NCBI RefSeq assembly: GCF_026125785.1
Contig: NZ_JAHCKL010000001.1
Coordinates: forward strand, 2,949 to 66,948
Source of the DNA: Hydrogenophaga sp.
GTDB lineage: Bacteria; Pseudomonadota; Gammaproteobacteria; Burkholderiales; Burkholderiaceae_C
Direction of reading: 5' to 3'
DNA length: 64,000 bases
Shown in pieces: positions 1 through 9,014 of this stretch (positions are counted from its first letter, which is position 1; the number at the start of each line of letters is the position of its first letter). A program made the position numbers and the translations under genes. The notes under the pieces are model-generated. The model made no database searches. It had not been told where the DNA came from and worked only from the letters and a program-made list of their open reading frames with translations.

Positions 1-19
1 CAAGGCAAAGCGAGAGTGC

Positions 20-613
20 ATGCGACTGATTCTGGTACGGCACGGTCAGCCTGACGAGGCTCACCACGAACGACCGGGCGACCCGCCGCTGACCGACCTG
101 GGGCATGCGCAGTCGCAGGCCGTGGGCGCTTTCTTGGCGCGCGAGGGCGTCACGCATGTGGTGAGCAGCCCCATGCTGCGCGCACGCCAGACGGCCGAGC
201 CCCTGGCCCGGCAACTGGCGATGCAGATGCACGTGTTCGATGGCTGGGCCGAGGTCGACCAGGGCACCGAGCGCTACCGCTCCATCGACACGATACGCGC
301 GCAGGGCGAGGTCGAATGGGCGCGCTTCCTGGACGACCCGATCGGCTACTTTGGTGTCGATCCCGTGGTGTTCCGGGCTGGCATCAGGCAGGCCATGGCC
401 AGCAGCATGGCGCTGGCACCTTCGGGCGTGGTGGCGGTGTTCACCCATGGCATGGTGATCAACACCCTGTTGTCCACCGCGCTGGGCCTGAGCAAGGTCA
501 GCCGGTTCGGCATTGGCCATGGCTCCGTCACGCGTCTGGCCGCGCCCAGCATCGATGCCATCGGCGTGCTCAGCGTCAACGAGCTGGGGCACCAACCCAC
601 ACAGACCCGATAG
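20..613 (+). CDS. histidine phosphatase family protein (phosphoglycerate-mutase-like)
   Basis: 197-aa ORF. It has the N-terminal LILVRHGQ (RHG catalytic His motif) and a later VFTHG second-His motif of the PGAM/histidine phosphatase superfamily. Confidence 0.8.
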   Translation: MRLILVRHGQPDEAHHERPGDPPLTDLGHAQSQAVGAFLAREGVTHVVSSPMLRARQTAEPLARQLAMQMHVFDGWAEVDQGTERYRSIDTIRAQGEVEWARFLDDPIGYFGVDPVVFRAGIRQAMASSMALAPSGVVAVFTHGMVINTLLSTALGLSKVSRFGIGHGSVTRLAAPSIDAIGVLSVNELGHQPTQTR

Positions 614-630
614 CAGAAGCAGACAGACAG

Positions 631-1668
631 ATGAACGACCCCTTGCACAACGACGACCTGCTGCGCGAACGCATCCAGCGCTACCTGCAGGAACAGACCG
701 GTCAGGCGGTGGAGATCGGTGCGCTCAAGCGTTTCGCGGTGGGCTTCTCCTGGCGCACGTACCTGGTCCCGGTGAGCGGCCTCAAGGACATGCCCGAAAC
801 GCGCGAGCTGATCCTGCGCCTGGGGCCCGACTACGGGCTTTTCGCTCCGTACAGCGCCATGCCGGAATGGCTGGCCATGCGCTCCCTCGAAGGCAGCGAA
901 GTGCCCTTGCCCAAGGCGTATTGGGCAGGGGATGACCCTTCGCTCTTCGGCGCGCCTTTCCTGTTTGGTGAGCGCATGGCCGGCGCGGCGGTGGTGCCGT
1001 GGGTGCCCGCGGGCACGCCGCCGTTGGACGAAGGTTACCGGCGCTCGCTGGGAGCCCAGTTCATCGATGCGCTGGCGGCGCTGCACCGCGTGGACTGGCG
1101 GCACAAGCCCATCGCCGCCATGGGGGAGGGCATAGACACCACCAACGCCGCGCTGCGCAACGTGGCCTATTGGGAGCAGCGCATCGCGCAGTGGGCCATG
1201 CGGCCCTATCCTGCTGCCGACTGGGCTGTGCGCTGGCTCAAGGAGCATTGCCCGGTGGCGCCGCGCGTGTCCATCGTGCACGGTGACTACCGCACCGGAA
1301 ACTTCCTTGAGGAGAACGGCCGCATCACCGCGATCCTGGATTGGGAGCTTGTGCACCTGGGCGATCCGCACGAGGACCTGGGCTGGGCCAGCCTGCCCAT
1401 GTACATGGGCGGCAGCAAATTCATCAGCCGGTTGTGTGAACCCGAGTGGTTCTACGAGCGCTACAGCGAGAAAGCGGGTTTCGAGGTCTCCATGGATTCG
1501 GTTCGCTACTACCGTGCCTTCTCGTTGCTGAAGCTGGCGGCCACCCACATGGCGGCCGCGCGCTGCTTCGAGGAGGGGCGGTTCAACGACATGCGCATGC
1601 CGGCGATGGGCAGCCAGATCGGCACCTGCCTGCGCCAGTTGGAAAAGACCATAGAGGCCAAACCATGA
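631..1668 (+). CDS. phosphotransferase family protein (APH/choline-kinase-like kinase fold)
   Basis: ORF 316..1668 trimmed to the ATG at 631 (MNDPLHNDD...), because the upstream part overlaps the phosphatase gene. Catalytic loop IVHGDYRTGNFL and Mg-binding ILDWE are typical of APH-fold kinases found with acyl-CoA dehydrogenases. Confidence 0.8.
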   Translation: MNDPLHNDDLLRERIQRYLQEQTGQAVEIGALKRFAVGFSWRTYLVPVSGLKDMPETRELILRLGPDYGLFAPYSAMPEWLAMRSLEGSEVPLPKAYWAGDDPSLFGAPFLFGERMAGAAVVPWVPAGTPPLDEGYRRSLGAQFIDALAALHRVDWRHKPIAAMGEGIDTTNAALRNVAYWEQRIAQWAMRPYPAADWAVRWLKEHCPVAPRVSIVHGDYRTGNFLEENGRITAILDWELVHLGDPHEDLGWASLPMYMGGSKFISRLCEPEWFYERYSEKAGFEVSMDSVRYYRAFSLLKLAATHMAAARCFEEGRFNDMRMPAMGSQIGTCLRQLEKTIEAKP

Positions 1669-2162
1669 ACAACTCCTTTGCCCGCCTGATCGATGGCATG
1701 TGCGCCACGTTGCGCGCCGAGGTGCTCTCCCGCCTGGACGACGAGTTCGCGCGCGGCCAGGTGTATGGCGTGATCAACCTGCTCAACACCTTCAAGACGC
1801 GCGCCGACTGGTCGCCCGAGTGGCTGGCACTGCAGGTCAAGGCGCAGAGCGAGGCCCTGGCACAGGCCAGTGCAGCCTTGCAGACGGTGGCTCAGGGGGC
1901 GCCGCTGCCGGCAGCACGTGAATGGCCGGTACCCGTGCCGGCGGCGGAGCTGCTCGCGCGGCGTGACCAGGGCAACCGCGAGATCGGCACATTGATGAAC
2001 TGGGTCGCCGACCACCGCGCCAGTCTGCCCGAAGCGGCCGCGCAGGAGGCCGAGCGGGCCTTGCGCCAGGCGATGCGCACCGAGATCGAACTGGAGTTGA
2101 AGTACTCGCCGCGCCCGTTGTTCTCGGAAATGTCCAGCGGGCGAGAGGATCCGGCCGTCTGA
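1665..2162 (+). CDS. hypothetical helical protein, translationally coupled to the kinase
   Basis: The ATG at 1665 overlaps the kinase stop (ATGA). 165 aa, Ala/Leu/Glu-rich, with no motif I recognise. Coding is supported by the coupling and by the convergent terminator right after its stop. Confidence 0.55.
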   Translation: MNNSFARLIDGMCATLRAEVLSRLDDEFARGQVYGVINLLNTFKTRADWSPEWLALQVKAQSEALAQASAALQTVAQGAPLPAAREWPVPVPAAELLARRDQGNREIGTLMNWVADHRASLPEAAAQEAERALRQAMRTEIELELKYSPRPLFSEMSSGREDPAV

Positions 2163-2164
2163 AA

Positions 2165-2199
2165 GGGCGTTGCGCCGCGATCAGCAGCGCAAAACGCCC
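2165..2199. terminator. GC-rich hairpin between convergent genes
   Basis: GGGCGTTGCGC...GCGCAAAACGCCC inverted repeat in the 56-nt gap between the stops at 2162 (+) and 2219 (-). There is no clear T-run. Confidence 0.45.
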
Positions 2200-2218
2200 G
2201 ACGCCACGGCCGACGTCA

Positions 2219-4045
2219 TCAGACGTAGATCGCCTCGATCACCTCGGCGTATTTCTCGTAGATACTCTTGCGCTTGACCTTCATGGTGGCGGTGACTTCA
2301 CCGTCGTCGTGGTCGAGCTCCTTGACGAAGAGGTGGAACTTGCGCACCTGTTGCACCTGCGGCATGTGGGCATTGGCGGCATCGACTTCGCGCTGCACCA
2401 GTTCGCGCACCGTCGGGTTTTCCACCAGGCTGCGGAAGTTGGTGAAGATCAAGCCCTGGTCGGTGGCCCACTTGCTGACGTTCTCGAAATCGATCTGGAT
2501 CAGCGCCGACACGAAGCGGCGCCGGTCCGCCACGACGATGGCCTCCTTCACGTAGGGTGAGCACTTCATCGCGTTCTCGATCTCCGAGGGCGTGATGTTC
2601 TTGCCGCCGGCCGTGATCATGATGTCCTTCTTGCGGTCGATGATGCGCAGTTCCCGTCCGGCCGGACCGTCCTCCCAGCGCGCCACATCTCCGGTGTGCA
2701 GCCAGCCTTCGGCGTCGACGGCTTCGCGCGTGGCGTCCTCGTTCTTGTAGTAACCACGGAAGACCACGTCACCGCGGATGAGAATCTCACCATCGTCCGC
2801 AAGGCGGACCTCGATGCCGGGGTAGGGGACACCCACGGTCCCGACCGGCGAGAGCTCCGACGGTTGCATGGTCGTGGCGCCCGAGGCTTCTGTGAGCCCG
2901 TAGGCCTCACGGATGGGCAGGCCCAGGATGCGGAAGAACTTCAGGATGTCCGGGGCGATGGGCGCACCGGAGGACACCGCCACCTCGCAGCGGCGCAGCC
3001 CGATGAAATTGAGCAGCGAACGCAGCACCAGCACGTACCAGAGATTCCAGCGTGCACGCTGCGCCAGGCTCCACGTGGAGCGCGGCTGTACACCGTGCTG
3101 GGCCAGATCCTGCATGGCCCGCTCGTAGATCCAGCGCCGCAGCGCACCGGACTCCCGGATCTTGGTCTGCATGGAGGAGTGGAACTTCTCCCAGATGCGG
3201 GGCACACCAAAGAAGATCCGGGGAGCGAGTTCCCGCAAGTCTTCCTGGATGGTGCGCAAGCTCTCCGCGAAGTTCACCACCGCTCCCGTGGCCACCGGAA
3301 TGTGGATGGAGAACATCTGCTCGGCCACGTGGCACAGCGGCAGATACGACACCAGCGAACTGTGCTCGGTGCAGCGAAGGACGGTGTTCAGCCCGCGCGC
3401 CGCGCAGCCCAGTCCGCGCCAGGACATCATGGCGGCCTTGGGTTTTCCGGTGGAGCCGGATGTGAACACCATCAGGCCGATGTCGTCCATGCCGGGGCCC
3501 TCGGTCGCACGAGCGGCCTCCTGCGGATGGTTTTCCTCGTACGCGCGTCCGAGGGCGACGATGTCGGTGAATTCGTGCAGGCCGTCGCGGTCGTAGTGGC
3601 GCAGCCCGCGAGGGTCGATCACGATCACACTGCGCAGGTGAGGCAGGTTGTGGCGTATGCCCAGGACCTTGTCGAGCTGCTCCTGGTCTTCGCAGACGAT
3701 GATGGGTGCTTCCGACAGGGCCAGCAGGTATTCCACCTCGGGTCCCGGCGAAGTGGGGTAGACGCCGGCGGTGATCGCGCCGACCATGGCGGCGCCCATT
3801 TCGGCGTAGACCCACTCCTTGCAGTTTTCACCGAGCACCGCCAGGCACTGCCTGGGCAGCAGGCCCAACTGCAGCAGGCCCAGCCCGAACCAGCGCGACT
3901 GGCGCTCGTATTCCGCCCAGGCGATGGGTTGCCAGATGCCATAGAGCTTCTGGCGCAGGGCGGTGTCGTTCGGACGCGTGCGGGCCCAGTGCCTCAGTTG
4001 CTGGGGCAAGGGGAGTTGCGCGAGATCGGTGGCTTGGTCAGGCAT
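2219..4045 (-). CDS. AMP-dependent long-chain acyl-CoA ligase
   Basis: ORF 2219..4129 trimmed to MPDQATDL at 4045, downstream of the ABC ATPase stop at 4086. It carries the AMP-binding motif FTSGSTGKPKAAM, GYGLTE-like AYGLTEASG, and a C-terminal KVKRK. Confidence 0.85.
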   Translation of the reverse strand: MPDQATDLAQLPLPQQLRHWARTRPNDTALRQKLYGIWQPIAWAEYERQSRWFGLGLLQLGLLPRQCLAVLGENCKEWVYAEMGAAMVGAITAGVYPTSPGPEVEYLLALSEAPIIVCEDQEQLDKVLGIRHNLPHLRSVIVIDPRGLRHYDRDGLHEFTDIVALGRAYEENHPQEAARATEGPGMDDIGLMVFTSGSTGKPKAAMMSWRGLGCAARGLNTVLRCTEHSSLVSYLPLCHVAEQMFSIHIPVATGAVVNFAESLRTIQEDLRELAPRIFFGVPRIWEKFHSSMQTKIRESGALRRWIYERAMQDLAQHGVQPRSTWSLAQRARWNLWYVLVLRSLLNFIGLRRCEVAVSSGAPIAPDILKFFRILGLPIREAYGLTEASGATTMQPSELSPVGTVGVPYPGIEVRLADDGEILIRGDVVFRGYYKNEDATREAVDAEGWLHTGDVARWEDGPAGRELRIIDRKKDIMITAGGKNITPSEIENAMKCSPYVKEAIVVADRRRFVSALIQIDFENVSKWATDQGLIFTNFRSLVENPTVRELVQREVDAANAHMPQVQQVRKFHLFVKELDHDDGEVTATMKVKRKSIYEKYAEVIEAIYV

Positions 4046-4085
4046 CGCGGAAGGCAGTGGATGGGACGGGGGCTTGCAGGCGCGT

Positions 4086-4898
4086 TCAGGAAAGCCAGCG
4101 CTTGCGCCGCTTGTAGTGCTTGACGTCACGGAAGCTCACATGTGCTTCGCCGTGCTCGCCGCTGCCGAGGTAGAAGCGCTGCACGTCGGGGTCGTTGACG
4201 AGCTTGTCGGTCGGGCCGTTGATGACGATGCGGCCGTTTTCCATGATGTAGCCGTAGTGGGCGACTTTGAGCGCAACGTGGGCGTTCTGCTCGACCACGA
4301 GGATGGCCACGTTCTGCTCGCGGTTGAAGCGGGCGATGATGCCGAAGATGTCCTGCACCACCAGCGGCGCCAGGCCCAGGGAGGGTTCGTCCAAGAGGAT
4401 CAGGCGCGGCCGCCCGATGATGGCGCGCCCGATCGCCAGCATCTGCTGCTCGCCGCCAGACAGGTAGCCGGCCACCTGCTTGCGGCGCTCGGCCAGGCGC
4501 GGAAAGTAGTTGAACACCAGCTCGATGTCCAGCGGACCTTTGACCCGGCCGGTCAGGGCGTTGCCCGCGGCGATGAGGTTTTCCTCCACCGTCAGGTCGG
4601 CAAAGATGTGCCGACCTTCCCGCACATGGGCCAGGCCCTGGCGGGCCAGGGAATGCGCGGCACTGCCCTCGATGTCCTGCCCATAGAAGCGGATCTGGCC
4701 AGCGGCCAGGTGTCCTTTCTCATAGGGCAGGATGCCCGAGGCCGCCTTCAGCGTCGTGCTCTTGCCGGCGCCATTGGAGCCCAGCAATGCCACGATCTTG
4801 CCGGCGGGCACCTCGATGGAGAGGCCGCGCAACGCCTGCACGCTGTGGTTGTAGACGACCTCGATGTTCTCGATGGCCAGTGCCGCGTCCGTTGTCAT
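4086..4898 (-). CDS. ABC transporter ATP-binding protein (LivF-like)
   Basis: Walker A GSNGAGKST, signature LSGGEQQML and Walker B ILLDEPS. The ATG at 4898 overlaps the upstream SBP stop (ATGA). Confidence 0.9.
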   Translation of the reverse strand: MTTDAALAIENIEVVYNHSVQALRGLSIEVPAGKIVALLGSNGAGKSTTLKAASGILPYEKGHLAAGQIRFYGQDIEGSAAHSLARQGLAHVREGRHIFADLTVEENLIAAGNALTGRVKGPLDIELVFNYFPRLAERRKQVAGYLSGGEQQMLAIGRAIIGRPRLILLDEPSLGLAPLVVQDIFGIIARFNREQNVAILVVEQNAHVALKVAHYGYIMENGRIVINGPTDKLVNDPDVQRFYLGSGEHGEAHVSFRDVKHYKRRKRWLS

Positions 4899-6097
4899 GC
4901 CTTGATCCACTCCCCGGCGGGTTCCATGGCCTTCTTGGCCGGGTTGTAGCGGATCACGCGGCCCACCTGCGTTTCATGGCCGCTCATGTCCACCGGCAGA
5001 CCAATCAGGCCACCCGTATCCCAGTTCTTGATGGATTCCATCGCCGCCTTCATGTTGTCCAGCGTGAGCGGTTTCTTGTCCTTGAGGCAGCGGTCGGCGA
5101 TCTCCGCGAACACCATCCCGCTGAACCAGGCGGAGATGTAGAAGGGCGAGATGTGGGTGGTGCCCGGGCGCGCCTTGTTCAGGTACTGGCGGATCTCGCG
5201 GATCATGGGCACGTCCTCATCGCCGGTGGCGTACAGGCTCACGCCCGTGAGGTTCTGGCCCACCGCGGCCAGGGCGTCGAAGGCGGGTTTGTCCAGGCCC
5301 CAGGCGGTGCCGTAGATCTCGACTTCCATGCCGGCTTCCTTCATCTGCCGCGCGAACTCGGGCATCGGCGAATTGATGTAGCCCTGGAAGACGACGATGT
5401 TGGGCCGTGCGCGGCGCAGCTTGGCGACTTCGGTCGACACATCGACGCCCACGCCGCCGGGTTTGGTGATGACCTCGGCGACGATGGGCAGGCCCAGCTT
5501 GGCCGCGCGGGCCTTGGCGGCGGGAATGCCGTCGATGCCGAACTCGGCCTCGGTGTAGACGTAGGCGATGCGCGGCTTCTCGGCACCCTTCCAGGTGCGG
5601 TTGATGTGCTCCATCAGCACCTCATGCAGGCGGCTGTAGGTGGCGCCGGGCACGAAGTTCTGTGGCGTGGCCACGGGGTCGGCCACCGCCGCGGCGAGCG
5701 AGGTGGAAGAGGTCATCACGTGCTTGGAGTCCACCGCATCGCGCGTGATCGCCTTCACCAGCGGGGTGCCGTCGCAGTAGAAGAAGTTGGGCTTCTCCGC
5801 CGCCATGATCTTCTTGAAGATGGCCACGCCCTGGTCCACCTTGAAACCGCTGTCTTCCATCACGTAGCGCAGGCGGCGGCCCTGCACGCCGCCTTTCTCG
5901 TTCTTCCACTGGATGAAGTCATTGAGGCCGTAGTGCATCTGCGTGCCGGCGAACGCGAACACCCCGGTGACGGGCTGGGCGGCGCCGACGACGATGTCGC
6001 CTTGCTGCGCGCTGGCCAGAGGCAGATGGCCCAGGACGGGGCTGAGGGCGGCGGCGCCCATCCCCTGGACGACCTGGCGGCGGTTGAGTCGTTTCAT
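4895..6097 (-). CDS. ABC transporter substrate-binding protein (LivK/Leu-Ile-Val-binding family)
   Basis: ORF trimmed to MKRLNRRQVVQGMGAAALSPV..., a twin-Arg-like signal peptide. It is a periplasmic type-I SBP-like sequence within a liv-type operon. Confidence 0.8.
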   Translation of the reverse strand: MKRLNRRQVVQGMGAAALSPVLGHLPLASAQQGDIVVGAAQPVTGVFAFAGTQMHYGLNDFIQWKNEKGGVQGRRLRYVMEDSGFKVDQGVAIFKKIMAAEKPNFFYCDGTPLVKAITRDAVDSKHVMTSSTSLAAAVADPVATPQNFVPGATYSRLHEVLMEHINRTWKGAEKPRIAYVYTEAEFGIDGIPAAKARAAKLGLPIVAEVITKPGGVGVDVSTEVAKLRRARPNIVVFQGYINSPMPEFARQMKEAGMEVEIYGTAWGLDKPAFDALAAVGQNLTGVSLYATGDEDVPMIREIRQYLNKARPGTTHISPFYISAWFSGMVFAEIADRCLKDKKPLTLDNMKAAMESIKNWDTGGLIGLPVDMSGHETQVGRVIRYNPAKKAMEPAGEWIKA

Positions 6098-6131
6098 GCT
6101 TGTCTCCTTGGTGGTTGGTGGGAAGGCGGCC

Positions 6132-7172
6132 TCAGGTCTTGAAAGGCCATAGGTGGAAGAAGCGCTTGGTGCGGCGCCAGATGGCGGTGATGCCATGCGG
6201 CTCGAACACGAGGAAGAGGATGATGAGCAGGCCGAAGACGACCTGGCCCATGGGCAGCACGATGCCCGCCAGGCCCGGCATCCACTGTGCACCGATGTTG
6301 GCCAGCAGGCGCAGGGTCTCTGGCACGAAGGTCATGAAGACCGCGCCGAAGATGCTGCCCAGCACGCTGCCCAGGCCGCCGACGATGACCGCGGCGAGGT
6401 AGAAGATGGACAGGGTGAGGGTGAAGTACTCCGGCGTGATGGCACCGTAGAAGTAACCCAGCACGCCGCCTGCCACGCCGGCGTAGAAAGCACCGATGGC
6501 GAAAGCCAGCAGCTTGGTGCGCAGCAGGTTCACGCCCAGGATCTCGGCCGAGATGTCCCGGTCGCGCACGGCGATGAACGCGCGCCCGATGTAGGTGCGA
6601 CCCAGGTTGCGGGCCATGATGCCCATGATGAACGCGATCACGAAGATCAGGTAGAAGTGGTCGCGGTCCCCGGTGAGCTTGTAGCCGAACAGCTCGGCTT
6701 TGGGGATGCTGGTGCCCTGGATGCCGCCGGTCACCGGCGTCCACTCACGGAAGATGAAGGTCAGCAGGAAGTGGGCGGCCAGCGTGGCGATGGCCAGGTA
6801 GATGCCTTTGACCCGCAGGCTGGGCAGCCCCACGATCACGCCGAGCAGGGCCGCGACGCAGCCGGCGATCGGCAGTGTGAGATAGAAAGGTACGCCCAGC
6901 TTGCCCAGGTAGGCCACCGTGTAGCAGCCCACGCCAAGAAAGGCCCCGTGGCTGAGCGAGATCAGGCCGGTGTTGCCGGTGGTCAGGTTCAGGCCGAAGG
7001 TGGCGATGACGTGGATGCCGATGATGCACGCGATGGCCAGGATGTAGTTGCTGCCCCAGAAAGGCAGGGTGAACAGCGCCACCGCGAACGCCACCATCCA
7101 CCAGCGCGCCGCGGGAGAGTTCCACAGCCGCTCCTCGGCTCGGAACGTTTCGAAAAAGACACCGGTTCTCAC
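6132..7172 (-). CDS. branched-chain-type ABC transporter permease (LivM-like)
   Basis: 346 aa, polytopic and hydrophobic, sitting between the LivH-like and SBP genes. Confidence 0.85.
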   Translation of the reverse strand: MRTGVFFETFRAEERLWNSPAARWWMVAFAVALFTLPFWGSNYILAIACIIGIHVIATFGLNLTTGNTGLISLSHGAFLGVGCYTVAYLGKLGVPFYLTLPIAGCVAALLGVIVGLPSLRVKGIYLAIATLAAHFLLTFIFREWTPVTGGIQGTSIPKAELFGYKLTGDRDHFYLIFVIAFIMGIMARNLGRTYIGRAFIAVRDRDISAEILGVNLLRTKLLAFAIGAFYAGVAGGVLGYFYGAITPEYFTLTLSIFYLAAVIVGGLGSVLGSIFGAVFMTFVPETLRLLANIGAQWMPGLAGIVLPMGQVVFGLLIILFLVFEPHGITAIWRRTKRFFHLWPFKT

Positions 7173-7175
7173 GCG

Positions 7176-8048
7176 TCAAAGCCTTTCAATGGTGCGGGTG
7201 CCGAAGATGCCGTAGGGGCGCACGATGAGGATGAGCAGCACGACGACGTAGGGCACGATGTCGCGCGCCTTGCCGCCGAGATAGCCGGCTGCAAGCGATT
7301 CGACCAGGCCGATCATCAGGCTGGCGACGATGGCGCCCAGCACACTGTCCATGCCGCCCAGGATGATGGCGGCGAAAACCCCCAGTGCCGCGGCCGCCAG
7401 GGCCGGCGAGAGTCCGGCGGAGCTGGAGATCAGCACGCCCGCGACCGTGCCCACCGAGCCGGCCAGCATCCAGGTCAGGCGCGATGCGAAGTTGATGTTG
7501 ATGCCCAGCGTGGCCGCCGTGACCGGATCGCTGGCGGTCGCCCGCAAGGCCACGCCAGTGCGCGAGTAGCGGAAGAACAGCAGGAAGGCCGTGATCAGCA
7601 CCGCTGCGATGGCAAAGTTGCCGAGCACGGTGCCGGGAATCAGGATGTCGCCGATGAACAGCGGCGTGCGAGGCAGCAGGCTGGGCGGCGAGTAGGTGTC
7701 GCCGCCCCAGATGGCCTCCACGCCGCCGTGGATGATGGCGGCCATGCCGATGGTGGCCATCATCACCGAGACGCCTGGCTGGCCGGAAAGCGGTCGCAGC
7801 ACCGAACGTTCCACCACAATGGCGAACAGGGAGATCACGCCCATGGCGATCACGAAGGCAACGACCGGCGGCAGCTCGAAAGTGACCGCGCAGGCGTAGT
7901 AGAGGTAGGCGCCCAGCATCATGACCTCGCCCACCGCGAAATTCACCACGCCGGTGCCTTTGTAGACCAGCACGAAACTCAGCGCGATGAGCGCCATGAC
8001 GCCACCGCTGAGCAGGCCGAGAATGCTGTATTCGATGAATTCGATCAT
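7176..8048 (-). CDS. branched-chain-type ABC transporter permease (LivH-like)
   Basis: ORF trimmed to MIEFIEYSILGLLSGG at 8048, which overlaps the LivG-like stop by 4 nt. Polytopic membrane protein. Confidence 0.85.
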   Translation of the reverse strand: MIEFIEYSILGLLSGGVMALIALSFVLVYKGTGVVNFAVGEVMMLGAYLYYACAVTFELPPVVAFVIAMGVISLFAIVVERSVLRPLSGQPGVSVMMATIGMAAIIHGGVEAIWGGDTYSPPSLLPRTPLFIGDILIPGTVLGNFAIAAVLITAFLLFFRYSRTGVALRATASDPVTAATLGININFASRLTWMLAGSVGTVAGVLISSSAGLSPALAAAALGVFAAIILGGMDSVLGAIVASLMIGLVESLAAGYLGGKARDIVPYVVVLLILIVRPYGIFGTRTIERL

Positions 8049-8878
8049 GAGGTCGCCGTGCTGTCCGCACCCAGGTAGGCTTCGATGACTTGAGGGTGGC
8101 TGCGCACCTGCGCCGGCGTGCCGGCGGCGATGACCTGGCCGAAGTTGAGCACCACCACGTGGTTGGAGATGTCCATGACCATGCCCATGTCGTGCTCCAC
8201 CAGCAGCACGGTGACACCCCATTCCTCCTGCACGTCCAGGATGAAGCGCGCCATGTCTTCCGTCTCTTCGCGGTTCATGCCGGCGACCGGCTCGTCCAGC
8301 AGCAGAACGCGCGGGCGCATGGCCAGAGCCCGCGCGAGCTCGACGCGTTTCTGAAGACCGTAAGGCAGCACGTCGACCGACTGGTGGCGGATGTGGTCGA
8401 TCTCCAGGAAGTCGATGACGCGGCGCTCCACTTCTTCCCGCAGCGCCAGCTCCTGCTCGCGCGCGGCGCGTGAGTAGGTCAGCGCCGAGAGCACGTTGCT
8501 GGACATGGTGTGGTGGCCGCCGAGCTTGATGTTCTCCAGGACGGACAGGCCGTGGAACAGCGAGATGTTCTGGAACGTGCGCGCCAGGCCCATGCCGGCG
8601 CGTGCATTCACGGGCACGCGGGTGATGTCCCGGCCACCCAGAGAGATGCTGCCGCTGTTGGGCGTGTAGAAACCCGAAATGGTGTTGAAGACGCTGGTCT
8701 TGCCGGCGCCGTTGGGGCCGATCACCGCCGTGATCTTGCCCGGTTCGGCCGAGAACGACACGTTCTTCAGCGCATGGATGCCCCCGAAGCGCAGGGCGAC
8801 ATCGTTGACCGAAAGCGAGAGGCCCGGGCTGGCCATGCCGACGGTGGCGGGGTCAACGGAACTGGCTATCGCGTGCAT
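8045..8878 (-). CDS. ABC transporter ATP-binding protein (LivG-like)
   Basis: Walker A GPNGAGKTS, LPYGLQKRVELARAL signature region and Walker B LLLDEPVAG. A GAGGA RBS precedes the ATG at 8878. Confidence 0.9.
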   Translation of the reverse strand: MHAIASSVDPATVGMASPGLSLSVNDVALRFGGIHALKNVSFSAEPGKITAVIGPNGAGKTSVFNTISGFYTPNSGSISLGGRDITRVPVNARAGMGLARTFQNISLFHGLSVLENIKLGGHHTMSSNVLSALTYSRAAREQELALREEVERRVIDFLEIDHIRHQSVDVLPYGLQKRVELARALAMRPRVLLLDEPVAGMNREETEDMARFILDVQEEWGVTVLLVEHDMGMVMDISNHVVVLNFGQVIAAGTPAQVRSHPQVIEAYLGADSTATS

Positions 8879-8946
8879 CAGGCGCTGTCCTCATCGGGCC
8901 CTTGGGCCGCGGTCAGAATGGGTTCTCGAATCTTCGCAACAGGAAG

Positions 8947-8974
8947 GTACGTTACAGGTATGTACACTACCGTA
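8947..8974. promoter_or_regulatory. candidate operator upstream of the liv-type operon (site A)
   Basis: It lies in an AT-rich island in the 136-nt gap. GTACGTTACAGGTATGTACACTA matches 23930-23952 at 20/23 positions. It contains a GGTA-N7-TACC dyad, and GTACG is repeated at 8947 and 8972. Confidence 0.45.
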
Positions 8975-9014
8975 CGATATACATGAGAGTCATCGGTGTT
9001 TACCCTGAACGAGG

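Noticed and set aside
316-630. 5' extensions of ORFs in the track (316..1668, 1446..2162, 15289..17031, 16995..18668, 37290..39206, 42912..44987, 61207..62334, 62189..63253)
   Set aside because: The extensions overlap the preceding well-supported gene in another frame. They have non-protein-like composition. Internal starts with an RBS or ATGA-type coupling give products that begin at the conserved N-termini.
6153-8078. 641-aa plus-strand ORF
   Set aside because: It is antisense to the two Liv-type permease genes. It is extremely Asp/Glu/Gly/Arg/His-rich, unlike any real protein family I recognise.
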